Shown here one piece after another: positions 38,161 through 48,526 of a stretch of DNA of 64,000 bases. The notes beneath the pieces were generated by a model. That model was not told where the DNA came from. It did no database searches and saw only the letters and a program-made list of their open reading frames with translations. Origin of the DNA: a virus; IMG/VR virus record IMGVR_UViG_3300024319_000005, positions 35,223-99,222 of that record. One strand, 5' to 3'. The number at the start of each line of letters is the position of its first letter. The first letter of the stretch is position 1. The position numbers were made by a program, and so were the translations under genes.

Positions 38161-39006
38161 ATGATAGAAGGAATAAACACTTCAACAGCCTCAAGTGGAG
38201 GCTCTTTTGACTTATACACAGGGTTAGGTCAAGTAACAATTAAAAAAGTAAATCCAACTTCAGAAGAGTTTGAAGCAATTACAGGGTATGCTAGAAATAT
38301 TAATTATAATCCTATTGGCGAAAACAATCTTATGCCAGTAAGAATCTTAGTACACAATGAAGACGCAGGTTTTCAATTAGTAGACTTTTTACTTGGTAAT
38401 ACTCCAGTAGTATCTAGTACAGGTAAAACTCAATACATTAGTACCAAAGGTAACTTTACATATGGCGCAAGTGAAGATGCGATAACTTCTAACCCTAATA
38501 TGTCTTGGTTTGGTGAAATAGCAAGACCAGCATTTGTAGGTGAAGAAAATATTATTTCATTTTTCAAGCAAGGTCTTGGTATTGATAAAGATACTGAGTT
38601 TTTAAATGAAATTATTAACAAAGCACAGTATAACCCAGCAAGTGTATATTCGGGAAATGCTGATAGTTTAAATTTCTTAGCTAACATTTTTACACAAAAT
38701 CAAATGTCAGTTATTGTACCTTTTGGTGTAAAAGAAACTGTAAACTCAGAAGGACAAAATAGAAATTACCAACAAGTAGTAACTAAAGGTAATTGCTTTT
38801 TCCACATGAGCAGTATGAATTATGCTAAGAAGACTTACCAGAAAATGCTTGCAAGACAAATTGAAGCTGGTTACCCTATTAAATTAGCAACTACAGTAGA
38901 TTTTGAAGTATATACTCCAGAAGCTCCAAAAGTAGGACCAACATTAGGGTCTGTAGATGTAACACCATCATCAGTAGGGCAAGACTTTTCTAATATTCCA
39001 TTTTAA
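38161..39006 (+). CDS. Putative ssDNA-binding protein
   Basis: Follows the Sak4-like ATPase; C-terminal DFSNIPF tail; LYTG...VNPT pattern. Confidence 0.6.
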   Translation: MIEGINTSTASSGGSFDLYTGLGQVTIKKVNPTSEEFEAITGYARNINYNPIGENNLMPVRILVHNEDAGFQLVDFLLGNTPVVSSTGKTQYISTKGNFTYGASEDAITSNPNMSWFGEIARPAFVGEENIISFFKQGLGIDKDTEFLNEIINKAQYNPASVYSGNADSLNFLANIFTQNQMSVIVPFGVKETVNSEGQNRNYQQVVTKGNCFFHMSSMNYAKKTYQKMLARQIEAGYPIKLATTVDFEVYTPEAPKVGPTLGSVDVTPSSVGQDFSNIPF

Positions 39007-39017
39007 TTAATTAACAT

Positions 39018-39052
39018 ATAAGAGAGAGGGGTAACTCCCTTTCTCTTATTTT
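39018..39052 (+). terminator. Intrinsic terminator
   Basis: ATAAGAGAGAGGG / CCCTTTCTCTTAT stem plus TTT. Confidence 0.8.
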
Positions 39053-39065
39053 AAAAAACTTATTT

Positions 39066-39581
39066 ATGACAACAATTTTTATGTTAATTTTAATAATAGT
39101 TGTAATTCTAGCAATTACTCGTATTTTTATGAGTAGGAAAATAACAAACCCAGAAGAACCAATAGTACCTTCTGATTGGACTGGAGATACACCTTTATTT
39201 GAAGGAGTCCCTATAGTAAAGAAAATGCCTACTCAAAGGTATATGCCTATTACTAAAAAAACTATAGTTTTAAAATGTGGACTTACACCTTCTGAATTTG
39301 AAAAAGCTTTTATAGACGGAGACGTAAGAAATAGTAATGCAACAGTTATTAAATGCATTGCTATTGAAATTAAAAATATAGTTTTAGACTATAGAAGTAA
39401 AGCAATAGAACCTATTTATTTAATGTGTACTAAAAAAGATTTAGCTGCAAAATTAGGAGTTAGCACTACTAGTTTAAATAAATACTTTAAAGGTGATACG
39501 CTTAGTTTAAATTCAGAAATAGAAAAATTATTAGAATACGATGATCAATGGAATATCTTTAAACTTAGACTCCCTACTTAG
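39066..39581 (+). CDS. Membrane-anchored protein with C-terminal XRE-like HTH
   Basis: N-terminal TM segment; TKKDLAAKLGVSTTSLNKYFKG. Confidence 0.65.
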   Translation: MTTIFMLILIIVVILAITRIFMSRKITNPEEPIVPSDWTGDTPLFEGVPIVKKMPTQRYMPITKKTIVLKCGLTPSEFEKAFIDGDVRNSNATVIKCIAIEIKNIVLDYRSKAIEPIYLMCTKKDLAAKLGVSTTSLNKYFKGDTLSLNSEIEKLLEYDDQWNIFKLRLPT

Positions 39582-40479
39582 GAAGTACCAAGAAGATATA
39601 TTTGCTCAATACTTAGGAGAATATCCTAATCTTTCTAAAAGATACAAAAGTTTATTGAGATCAGGTGATCATAAATCAGGATGTAGGTTAAATTACCACC
39701 AAGGTATATTGTTTTTTATAGACAATGCTACTTATAATGGTAAATTAGCATTTACTGCATTTGATATAATAAAAATAAGAGAAGGACTTACTGGTGTACA
39801 AGAACTAATTGATACAGTTGTAAACACCTTTAAACCTTCCCTTGTTACTCATACAACAGAGAAAGAACAAAACATTAGTATTTTTACTAAAGATGTTCCT
39901 TTTACTGATAGTAATAATTTATTATCTCATTTACAATTAACTCCACATATTTTAAACTCTGATCCTGAAATACATTTAGTAAAAGCGTACTGGACTAATA
40001 CAAAAAGTGACAATGAAATTTTAAAAAATAGATTTCATGATCCTAATGTAATACCCACTTTAGCTTATAAGTTCCCTAATGGAGCTGTAAAATTGTATTT
40101 TAGAGGTCAAGAGTTTAAATGGTGGAGTAATTGTACTGATGAAATATTTAACAGTTGTTACTTACCTGAGTTTAATGATTCACACATTGTTGTTACTAGC
40201 AGTAAGTTAGATGCTCTTATACTATATAAAGTATTTGGAGTACAAACTATTGCAAAACAACAAGAGTACGGCAGTCTAAATTTAGATATTAGTAATTTTA
40301 AATCTAGATATGTGCTGTATGATAATGATAGAACTGGTATGGTTGAAGGAGGCAAATTAGCTTCTTCTTTAAACGCAGTACAGTTATTTTTACCAAAAGG
40401 TAATGATACTGCAGATTTAATTATAAAAGATTTTATAACACTAAAAACATTTACAAATGATATATTATGTAAAATATAG
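39541..40479 (+). CDS. dnaG: DNA primase (Toprim)
   Basis: YKSLLRSGDH, VVTSSKLDAL, LYDNDRTG, NDTAD. Confidence 0.8.
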   Translation: MINGISLNLDSLLRKYQEDIFAQYLGEYPNLSKRYKSLLRSGDHKSGCRLNYHQGILFFIDNATYNGKLAFTAFDIIKIREGLTGVQELIDTVVNTFKPSLVTHTTEKEQNISIFTKDVPFTDSNNLLSHLQLTPHILNSDPEIHLVKAYWTNTKSDNEILKNRFHDPNVIPTLAYKFPNGAVKLYFRGQEFKWWSNCTDEIFNSCYLPEFNDSHIVVTSSKLDALILYKVFGVQTIAKQQEYGSLNLDISNFKSRYVLYDNDRTGMVEGGKLASSLNAVQLFLPKGNDTADLIIKDFITLKTFTNDILCKI

Positions 40480-40795
40480 AGATAAGTATGCTTCTGTTAC
40501 TAATTTAAGAGGCGATATTGAAGATTATTTAGAAAGAAGAGATTGGAATTTAGATATTTATTGTGAATTACGTAAAAAGTCAATTAGTTTACAAAAAGAA
40601 GACTTAGATGGTCCTGAAATTTATACAAGAGAAATAGACAGACCAAATTTTGAGATACAAGTCCCTGTAAATATAGATAATTTAAACTTAGTCAATGGCG
40701 ATGATTTTGAGTTAACTAGAGATGATGCAAGGATTACAATATTAAAATTAAACAATTATTTAAAAACTATAACAAATTTCGTATGTGTAAAGTAG
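40457..40795 (+). CDS. Hypothetical protein
   Basis: ORF overlapping both neighbours. Confidence 0.65.
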   Translation: MIYYVKYRDKYASVTNLRGDIEDYLERRDWNLDIYCELRKKSISLQKEDLDGPEIYTREIDRPNFEIQVPVNIDNLNLVNGDDFELTRDDARITILKLNNYLKTITNFVCVK

Positions 40796-41487
40796 GACTA
40801 ATTTACCCTAATTTAAATTATCAAGGAAAGTATGAAGTTAATGGTGCTTATGTAGATTATTTTTCTAAGTTTGGAGAAATTGTACCTATAACACCTGAAT
40901 GTCCATACGTAGAAGACCTAGATGTCTTAGTTTTGACTGGAGGTGCTGATATTAATCCTATTAGATATGGTGATTTTCCGAAAGAATCAGGAGCACCTAA
41001 TCTAGAATATGATTATTTTGAACAAGTAATGCTAAGTTTGTATATAGATGCTAATATTCCTATTGTAGGTATATGTAGAGGTATGCAAGCTTTGTTTGTA
41101 CATTACGGTGGTAAATTAAATCAACATGAAGATTTACCAACAAGTACATCTAAAGGTAATTATCTTACCCAGCATTTAAATATGGGGAGTAGAGGTAAAA
41201 TTGTAGAACACTTAAAGCTAACACCTAGCTTTAACCACTTGAAGAAACTAAAGAAAGTTAATCTAGGAATTAATTCTTTACATCATCAGACTGCAAATTT
41301 AAAAACTATGCCTAAAGAGATAGTTCCTATTGGTTATTCTGAAGAGAATAAAAACTTAGAGCTATTTACAGTAAAGAATAAAAACATTTTAGCTTTTCAA
41401 GGACATGTTGAAGAGTTAAGCAATACAAAATTATTTGATCATTTAATAAAAAATACTATCAATGGAAAATTGGCTAATTGGAACTGA
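40783..41487 (+). CDS. Peptidase C26 / PuuD-like class I GATase
   Basis: LTGGADINP, GICRGMQ, NSLHHQ, FQGHVE. Confidence 0.92.
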   Translation: MCKVGLIYPNLNYQGKYEVNGAYVDYFSKFGEIVPITPECPYVEDLDVLVLTGGADINPIRYGDFPKESGAPNLEYDYFEQVMLSLYIDANIPIVGICRGMQALFVHYGGKLNQHEDLPTSTSKGNYLTQHLNMGSRGKIVEHLKLTPSFNHLKKLKKVNLGINSLHHQTANLKTMPKEIVPIGYSEENKNLELFTVKNKNILAFQGHVEELSNTKLFDHLIKNTINGKLANWN

Positions 41488-42304
41488 TTATGAATTTGGA
41501 ATCTCTAAAAATGGAGAACCTATTTCAATCGTAGGGAAAATAGGAGGTACAAAAAACGAACCTCTAGATATTGGGAATGGATGTGCAAGACAAGAAGATA
41601 ATGTAAATGCAGAGGTAACACAACCCCCTGTTAATAATTTTAAAGATTTTGTTAAGTACATTGAATATGGACTAACGACTATTAAGTCAATGGTTCCTAG
41701 TCACGACCTTAACTTTAATTCATTAGAGATATACTCCGATGAAGAATTAAACACGTATGAAGCGCAAGTATTTGGCTGTGAAAGCAGTTTTGATGTCTAC
41801 GCTAGAGGATTAAGCAAGCCAGCAGTGGCTACTAACCCTAATTTAAGAAGTGCTGGTTTTCATATACACTTTGGTAATGACAAAATAGCTAATAACAATC
41901 AAGAAATGGAAAAGCTTGTAAAGTTATTTGATAAATATGTTACTATACCATCTATGTTAATAGACCCTGAAAAAGGTCGTAGAGAACTTTATGGTAGAGC
42001 AGGTGAATTTAGAATGAAATCATACGGTTTAGAATGTAGACAACTTGGTTCATTCTTTTTATCTGATTTTAGACTTATTGAATGGGTATGGGAAGGAGTT
42101 CAAAAATGTATTACTCAGTATGAGCTTGGAGAAGATTTAAATTTAGATTCTATGTTTAATAGAAATGATATAAATGATTCTTGTATTGCTGAAGATATTA
42201 TTAATGGATATGATTTACAAGCTGCTAAAGAGTTTTGTGACGCTAATAATATTAATTATTTAAAAAAAGAAATATGCAAAGAGCTTATGTCTATGGTAGC
42301 TTAA
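41462..42304 (+). CDS. phiEco32-like COOH-NH2 ligase (type 2)
   Basis: IGTDYEF, QEDNVNAE, FGCE, RSAGFHIHFG, RRELYGRAGEFR, GLECR. Confidence 0.9.
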   Translation: MENWLIGTDYEFGISKNGEPISIVGKIGGTKNEPLDIGNGCARQEDNVNAEVTQPPVNNFKDFVKYIEYGLTTIKSMVPSHDLNFNSLEIYSDEELNTYEAQVFGCESSFDVYARGLSKPAVATNPNLRSAGFHIHFGNDKIANNNQEMEKLVKLFDKYVTIPSMLIDPEKGRRELYGRAGEFRMKSYGLECRQLGSFFLSDFRLIEWVWEGVQKCITQYELGEDLNLDSMFNRNDINDSCIAEDIINGYDLQAAKEFCDANNINYLKKEICKELMSMVA

Positions 42305-42612
42305 GAAAAGGACACTATAATTTTAAAAGCTTTTCAGGTATTTCTTATATTAAAACAACTAAACTAAAAGGATGGGATTTATTTTCATTAGGCTCTTATC
42401 CTGGAATAAAACCAGGTAAGGGTACTTTAGTTGTTGATTTAGTAGAAATGGATAATGAAACTTATAAACAAGTCTTAAAAATGGAATTAGGAGCAGGCTA
42501 TTCAGAAATAGATATTACTATTGATGGAATATCAGGTAAATTTTTCCCTTATAATTATAATTTAACAGAGTTAGTACCATCAGGAGATTGGTCTGACTAT
42601 AAAAAATATTAA
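42274..42612 (+). CDS. Gamma-glutamylcyclotransferase (AIG2-like)
   Basis: YVYGSLRKG, LGSYPG, GDW. Confidence 0.9.
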   Translation: MQRAYVYGSLRKGHYNFKSFSGISYIKTTKLKGWDLFSLGSYPGIKPGKGTLVVDLVEMDNETYKQVLKMELGAGYSEIDITIDGISGKFFPYNYNLTELVPSGDWSDYKKY

Positions 42613-42613
42613 A

Positions 42614-43981
42614 ATGTGTGGAATTAGTGGAGCTATAGGCTCTAAAATAGACATGGAAAAAGTTAAACTATTAGGTTTACTTAATGAAGATCGAGGCGGT
42701 GACGCTGTAGGTATTTATGCTAATAAAACAGTATCAAAAACAATTAAAAGTTATTATCATCTATTACAACAAGATGACTTTCCTAAAAAAGCAAAGGGGA
42801 TAGCCTTAAATCACTCTAGAAAAAGCTCTAGTGGAGGTAATAACATATTAAATGCACAGCCATTAATGGTAGATAATGATGTATTTGTATTAAATGGTAC
42901 TGTAAAAAATATAAATACTTTAGAAAGAATTACAGGAATAGAAGAAGAGCAGTTAGATAATGATACAGCTTATTTGTTTAGGTTAATGAGAGCTGGTAAC
43001 ACTGAATGGTTAAAATACTATACAGGTGGAGCTACTTTTGTATACAGACATAAAACTAAAACTACGTTTTGGGTCGGTGCTGCTAATGGAAAAGTAGAAA
43101 GACCTTTAAGTTTTTGTTATGTAAATGGTACTATGTATTTTTCATCTTTAGAACGAGATTTAAAATTAGTATCAGGAAATAATAAGATTACTCATTTTAA
43201 AGTAAATACATTAATTACTGTAGATAATGAAGGTAATATTGTATTAGAAGAACCTATTGATAGAACTATACCTCATATTGAGCTTAGTAATTTACAAAAG
43301 AAACTTCTTGCTTGTCCTTATAATGAAAGCTATTCTACTTTAGAGTCTTTAAACGCTGGTAATAATGTAGTAATATTTTGTGGAGGTGCTTATTATTTAA
43401 ATAATGAGTTTTATACAGGTAAAGCTAAACTTGATAAGCATTCTAAACTTATTAAAACTACTATGCAAGACTCTATGGCAACTTATTTCTTTAAAAATGG
43501 CATATTAGTAAAAGACAATTTCTTTAAAAGTGGGTATAATAACAGTCATTTAGCATTGTATTCTAATACAGGTTATGACGAACCTACAATTGAAGATAGA
43601 ATTGTATCTAATGCTCATACTATTGGGTTAAGTGATTCAGATTATGGATTAATACAAGATTCTATGAGTTCAGAAATGTTATATTATAGTGCAGATTTAC
43701 ATAGTCATTTTTACAATGGAGCTTTAGCTGATGGAATTATTAGTCCTATTGGTTCTTCAACTCATTACCATTTTAGTAATGGTCATTTTGTAAAGATGTC
43801 TTATTACTCTCCAGAAGAATTTATGGACAAAGTAGAAGATCTACATAATGATATAGATAATTTACTATATGAATTTGATTTAGAAGATTTAGATGTCGAA
43901 GGAGCATCAATATTTGAAACTTTAAAACAATACAAACAATATGTTAAGAATAGTAACGAAGAGTGGAAGAGTATTACTTAA
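42614..43981 (+). CDS. Class II (Ntn) glutamine amidotransferase
   Basis: MCGISG, RGGDAVG, HSRKSS, NAQP, NGTVKN, ERPL. Confidence 0.88.
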   Translation: MCGISGAIGSKIDMEKVKLLGLLNEDRGGDAVGIYANKTVSKTIKSYYHLLQQDDFPKKAKGIALNHSRKSSSGGNNILNAQPLMVDNDVFVLNGTVKNINTLERITGIEEEQLDNDTAYLFRLMRAGNTEWLKYYTGGATFVYRHKTKTTFWVGAANGKVERPLSFCYVNGTMYFSSLERDLKLVSGNNKITHFKVNTLITVDNEGNIVLEEPIDRTIPHIELSNLQKKLLACPYNESYSTLESLNAGNNVVIFCGGAYYLNNEFYTGKAKLDKHSKLIKTTMQDSMATYFFKNGILVKDNFFKSGYNNSHLALYSNTGYDEPTIEDRIVSNAHTIGLSDSDYGLIQDSMSSEMLYYSADLHSHFYNGALADGIISPIGSSTHYHFSNGHFVKMSYYSPEEFMDKVEDLHNDIDNLLYEFDLEDLDVEGASIFETLKQYKQYVKNSNEEWKSIT

Positions 43982-45383
43982 AAGTGCTTGTACTCTAATT
44001 AATAATGAATGGTATGAAGTAGGTAACCGTAATAAATTTGAAAGTGGTGAAGTATATCAAATTGGAGCAAAGTTTAATTTTGCTAATGAACTATACTGGA
44101 ACGCTAATAAGAAAAGATATTACAGACTTACTGAAAATATAGCATATGGGTATAGCAAAACTTTTAATAATTTATGCCATTTTAAAAAGACAAAGTATAC
44201 AGTTAAAATAGATAGGTATAAAGAGTTGTTTCTAGAAGATTATAGAGATTTTCCTACTATGAACTATAATGGTAGATTTAACATTTTTATGGAAGGTGAA
44301 CCATCTGCTTATGTAGTAAGTTATGATGATTACAATACAAGGCTGTATGGTGCTGATGATAACATAATGTTTGATAAAGCTTGGGCAGCATACCAAATAA
44401 AAACTCAAGTAGCTGCCGCAGAAGAAAATGTACCTAAAGTTAACATAGTGCCAGAACTATTTGATTATAGTTTTGGAGTAGAGTTTGAAACTTCTTCAGG
44501 ATCATTACACAGTACTATGTTAGAAGATTCTTTCTTAATACCTGTAAAAGATGGTAGTATTGATGGCTATGAGTATATTAGTGTGCCTATGCAAAATGAA
44601 TTAGACACTTTAAAAACTCAATGCCACTATTTATCTAGACAATGTAATGTAAATAAAAAGACAAGTACTCATATACACTTAGGTAACTTACCTAGAACTA
44701 AAGAGTTTGCACTTTCTTTTTACATACTTATGTATAGATTTCAAAATGAGATCAATGCAATGTTTCCACCACTTAAAAAGTTACTTAGATCTTTAGATGA
44801 TCACGGTAACAAAGAAGCAAAGGATTACTGTAAGTTTCTACCTGAGTTAAATTTAATGTATGGTAGGCATTATATAGATAGAAATGGAGAAATTGACCAA
44901 GATGAGTTAGATGAAGGATACAGAGATCTTTGGACTTTCTGGAATGATGGAGAAGCTCCTAGTGAAAATTTCAACCCACAAAATAGAACACACCGCAAAG
45001 CTCATTTAGCTAAATGGAACTATGTAAATAGGTATTCTATTGTGAATATGAACAATTATTTTTTTACTAATTCTAGAACTATTGAGTTTAGATACCATGA
45101 AGGTACATTAAACTTTGGTAAAGTTAGTAATTGGATTTTATTGAACATAGCGTTTGTAAAATTTGCTGAAAATCATGCAAAAGAAATACTTAGTAGTAAT
45201 ACTAAGATTACATTTAAGGATATTTTATCCGAACTAGGTAATAAAAGCCTAGAAACACATTTAAGTGATTATATTTACGAAAGAAAAACTGAAATGAGTA
45301 GACATTACTCTGCACAGAATCCTTTTTATCAAATATATGACTTAGATAAAACAAAAGAATGCACATGGCAAAATCTGAAGTAG
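43941..45383 (+). CDS. Amidoligase (Amidoligase_2-type) with N-terminal extension
   Basis: FGVEFET, DGSI, YEYIS, STHIH, TIEFRYHEGT. Confidence 0.88.
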   Translation: MLRIVTKSGRVLLKSACTLINNEWYEVGNRNKFESGEVYQIGAKFNFANELYWNANKKRYYRLTENIAYGYSKTFNNLCHFKKTKYTVKIDRYKELFLEDYRDFPTMNYNGRFNIFMEGEPSAYVVSYDDYNTRLYGADDNIMFDKAWAAYQIKTQVAAAEENVPKVNIVPELFDYSFGVEFETSSGSLHSTMLEDSFLIPVKDGSIDGYEYISVPMQNELDTLKTQCHYLSRQCNVNKKTSTHIHLGNLPRTKEFALSFYILMYRFQNEINAMFPPLKKLLRSLDDHGNKEAKDYCKFLPELNLMYGRHYIDRNGEIDQDELDEGYRDLWTFWNDGEAPSENFNPQNRTHRKAHLAKWNYVNRYSIVNMNNYFFTNSRTIEFRYHEGTLNFGKVSNWILLNIAFVKFAENHAKEILSSNTKITFKDILSELGNKSLETHLSDYIYERKTEMSRHYSAQNPFYQIYDLDKTKECTWQNLK

Positions 45384-45823
45384 CAGCCAAAAGAGGTAGA
45401 GTAAATAGGAGAAAAGGACACGATTATGAAAGACTAATTGTGAGAGTACTTAAAGATTTAGGCTGGACTAAAGCAATGTCTACAAGAGCATGTAGTAAAC
45501 TACTTGACGATTGTAAAATAGATATTGCACCTAATGGTCCAGTTACTGATAATTTAGATTTTCTAATACAATGTAAAGCAGGGTATATAAAGCAAAGACC
45601 CAAAGCTGATGTTGAATTTAGAAAAATGCTTGAAGGTTTGAGCGAGTATTTTCCTTCCGATCATACAATATTTAAAGCAAAAAAGTTTTTAATGCACAAG
45701 TTTGGCAGAAAAGATGAAGAACATCTTGTCACAATGACATTTAAAGACTGGGTTGCAATAATGCAAGAGTTAGTCTCATTAAGAGAAAAACATGTGGAGC
45801 AAGAAAAACCAGATAACAATTAA
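45359..45823 (+). CDS. PD-(D/E)xK nuclease / Hjc-like resolvase
   Basis: RRKGHDYER, IDI, IQCK. Confidence 0.8.
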   Translation: MHMAKSEVAAKRGRVNRRKGHDYERLIVRVLKDLGWTKAMSTRACSKLLDDCKIDIAPNGPVTDNLDFLIQCKAGYIKQRPKADVEFRKMLEGLSEYFPSDHTIFKAKKFLMHKFGRKDEEHLVTMTFKDWVAIMQELVSLREKHVEQEKPDNN

Positions 45824-46451
45824 ACCAGGCATTCAATATCAAAACAAAAGCTTACAATACCTATACCCTAGTATTAGATTAACTAACAAAAGCATTTATG
45901 CTTACTTGTTAAATAATTTTGAAATACTAGGGGTAGGTGTAGGCGATTTGGCATACGATATTAAATCTACTTTAGACGATACTTTTTATATCCTTGTTGA
46001 TGTTTATGGAGTCTATAAAAATGGATCCTACATACAAGAAGATTACTATAGAAGAAAGTTTGAAACAGGATTAGCTATGATTAAACAAAAAAAAGGGTTT
46101 GTAACAGACTATACTTTTAAAGATAATCAACATATGATAGTAATAAATTTACCATACTCTAATATGAAGATTGATTTTTTACAAGGTAACTATAGTTGTA
46201 TTTACCCAGAGCCTCAAGAAATTGATTTATTATTTCCAAAAAGTAGAATGCTAAAAAAGATTGAAGTTAGAAATCAAGATAATTTAGTACTGCATAAAGA
46301 CGTACAAGCTAGACCTAAGTTTAGGGAGCTGTTACGCAATGAATTTGGATTTACTGAAGATGTTGAAAGAGATGTCGAATTTGATTTACCACCTTTATTT
46401 AAAGAAGAGGTGTTTAATCACCATTTATTAACAGAATTAATGACATTCTAA
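45792..46451 (+). CDS. Hypothetical protein
   Basis: 219 aa ORF with FLQGNYS.IY pattern. Confidence 0.7.
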   Translation: MWSKKNQITIKPGIQYQNKSLQYLYPSIRLTNKSIYAYLLNNFEILGVGVGDLAYDIKSTLDDTFYILVDVYGVYKNGSYIQEDYYRRKFETGLAMIKQKKGFVTDYTFKDNQHMIVINLPYSNMKIDFLQGNYSCIYPEPQEIDLLFPKSRMLKKIEVRNQDNLVLHKDVQARPKFRELLRNEFGFTEDVERDVEFDLPPLFKEEVFNHHLLTELMTF

Positions 46452-47419
46452 TGAACCAAAATATAATGCCTAATAAAGAAAAGCTAATACTAACTGGTAA
46501 GCATGGAAGACCTTCTACTATAGAAGCTTTTAAAGATTGCCAGTTAGGAGAATTAGTACAGCGTAGGCAGTTTACAAAGAAAAATGGAAAGTTTGTTAAG
46601 TACTATAGAGTATTTGATCAGCTAAACAAAATTAATTACAGAAAGCATAAAACAAATAGAATAAATGCAAAAGATTCTATAGTTCTTAGGTGGGGTACAC
46701 AAGAACCTTTTGATACTAATAACAAATCAATAGTTTACAATAAGATACCTGGTCTACAAAATGCAACTAATAAAGGCTTATCTAGAGTCTTAATGCATAA
46801 AGCAGGAGTTAGAGTACCTACAATTATTACACCTAAAAATATAACAGAAGATCATCTACCTATTATTAGTAGACCTTTTGTACATAGTAAAGGTAAAAAC
46901 TTTATAGTATTAAATACTATTAAAGAATTCAATGCACATTATAGTCCTGCAACTCATTACTATGCAGAGTTTATAGATAAGCAGTTAGAATTTAGAGCTC
47001 ATGTTGGTCATGGTAAAGTACTAAGGCTAATGGCAAAGCAAAATCCTAACAATGGTAACTTAGCTTGGAATATTGCCGCCAATAGAGGAGGTAATGTAGC
47101 AGAAGATGTAGGAGGGTTTAAAGTTATTCGTTGGAATAACGCAGAACCTTATTTAGATGTGCTAAAACAATCAGTACATGCAGTTGAAGCTTTAGGATTA
47201 GACTGCGGTGGGGTAGATGTAATGTTTAAAGATGGTAAAGCTTATGTTCTTGAAGTAAATACAGCTCCTACTTTAAACTCATGTCCTACAACAGCTAAAC
47301 GATGGGGCATGTATTGGAATTGGTTATTTAATTCTGAGTCTAGAAGAGATCATTATGATTGGAGAATATGGCAAAAAGCTAAATCTTTCTTTTTTAAAAA
47401 CGAACAATTAATAAATTAA
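46451..47419 (+). CDS. ATP-grasp ligase (RimK-like)
   Basis: LRWG, ATNK, GVRVP, EFRAHV, ALGLDCGGVDV, VLEVNTAP. Confidence 0.9.
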   Translation: MNQNIMPNKEKLILTGKHGRPSTIEAFKDCQLGELVQRRQFTKKNGKFVKYYRVFDQLNKINYRKHKTNRINAKDSIVLRWGTQEPFDTNNKSIVYNKIPGLQNATNKGLSRVLMHKAGVRVPTIITPKNITEDHLPIISRPFVHSKGKNFIVLNTIKEFNAHYSPATHYYAEFIDKQLEFRAHVGHGKVLRLMAKQNPNNGNLAWNIAANRGGNVAEDVGGFKVIRWNNAEPYLDVLKQSVHAVEALGLDCGGVDVMFKDGKAYVLEVNTAPTLNSCPTTAKRWGMYWNWLFNSESRRDHYDWRIWQKAKSFFFKNEQLIN

Positions 47420-47420
47420 T

Positions 47421-47825
47421 ATGATTTCAGAAATAGAATTAGAAGAAAAAATGAGTAATACTTCTAAAATTGCTTTAGATAACGTAATAATAGCAGAATT
47501 TGAAAAATTAAATACTAAAAAATTTGTAAATTCAGGTATTTTAAACTATCTTTACGTTAATAATAATAATTATGAAGTATGGTGTGAACCACATGAACTA
47601 TCTTATGATAAAGATTGGAATTGGCTAATGAAAGTAGTGGATAAGATAAACACTATGGATAATTATAAATTTTCTGTTAATATTCATTATCATTTTACTA
47701 CAATAACAAATAACTTTACTTTAATGGATATAGTAGATGAAGGTATAGACCACGACACAAAGACTAGTTGTTACAGAGCAGTAGTAGAATTTATTAAAAA
47801 ATACAATAATAAAAATAATGGCTAA
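47421..47825 (+). CDS. Conserved phage hypothetical protein
   Basis: YDKDWNWLMKVVDKI...YRAVVEFIK. Confidence 0.75.
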   Translation: MISEIELEEKMSNTSKIALDNVIIAEFEKLNTKKFVNSGILNYLYVNNNNYEVWCEPHELSYDKDWNWLMKVVDKINTMDNYKFSVNIHYHFTTITNNFTLMDIVDEGIDHDTKTSCYRAVVEFIKKYNNKNNG

Positions 47826-48036
47826 AAATAAAACACGTAAACAAAGTACTGGTAGAGTAACCAATACTTTTAATAGTTTAAAGTCTGATAATATAGTTCT
47901 TACAAGAGATCTATACATAGCTGCTGGTATAATTGACAAGCAACAAGCTGAAATTAAAAGCAAAGATGATCAGATAGTAAGACTAAAGAAAAGACTTCAA
48001 ATTGCAAATATAGAAGATTTAGGAGAAGATGAGTAA
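47818..48036 (+). CDS. Hypothetical coiled-coil protein
   Basis: ORF overlapping both neighbours. Confidence 0.65.
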   Translation: MAKNKTRKQSTGRVTNTFNSLKSDNIVLTRDLYIAAGIIDKQQAEIKSKDDQIVRLKKRLQIANIEDLGEDE

Positions 48037-48511
48037 GCTAATATTAACTGTTGGTATTCCTGGTAGTGGCAAATCTACTTGGAGCCAGCAGTACATTCGA
48101 GAAAATCCTAATACTGTTAGAGTAAATTCTGACAGATTAAGAGAAATGTTATTTGCCTATAATCCTGCTAAAATAAAAGAATATTGGAAAAATAGTAATT
48201 TACAAGATACAGAATCAATTGTAAGAAAAGTTGTAAGAAACATAACAACTAATCTACTTAATAAAAATATTAATGTAATTGTAGATGCTATGAATTTAGA
48301 TGAAGCTGTAATTACTAAATTTATTAATATAGCTAAATTAAACCAATCTTCTGTAGTAATTAAAGAATTTAATACCCCACTAGATACATGTGTAAGAAGA
48401 GATCAGCAAAGAGAAAGATATGTGGGTAAAATTTATATAACTAAAAAACAAGAGCAATTTACAAAATTAAAAAATACTGAATTTTACATTGCTCTTCCTA
48501 AATTAATTTAA
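48029..48511 (+). CDS. Polynucleotide-kinase-like P-loop kinase (kinase domain only)
   Basis: GIPGSGKST, VNSDRLR, VIVDAMN, CVRRD. Confidence 0.88.
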   Translation: MSKLILTVGIPGSGKSTWSQQYIRENPNTVRVNSDRLREMLFAYNPAKIKEYWKNSNLQDTESIVRKVVRNITTNLLNKNINVIVDAMNLDEAVITKFINIAKLNQSSVVIKEFNTPLDTCVRRDQQRERYVGKIYITKKQEQFTKLKNTEFYIALPKLI

Positions 48512-48526
48512 AAACAAATAAACTTA

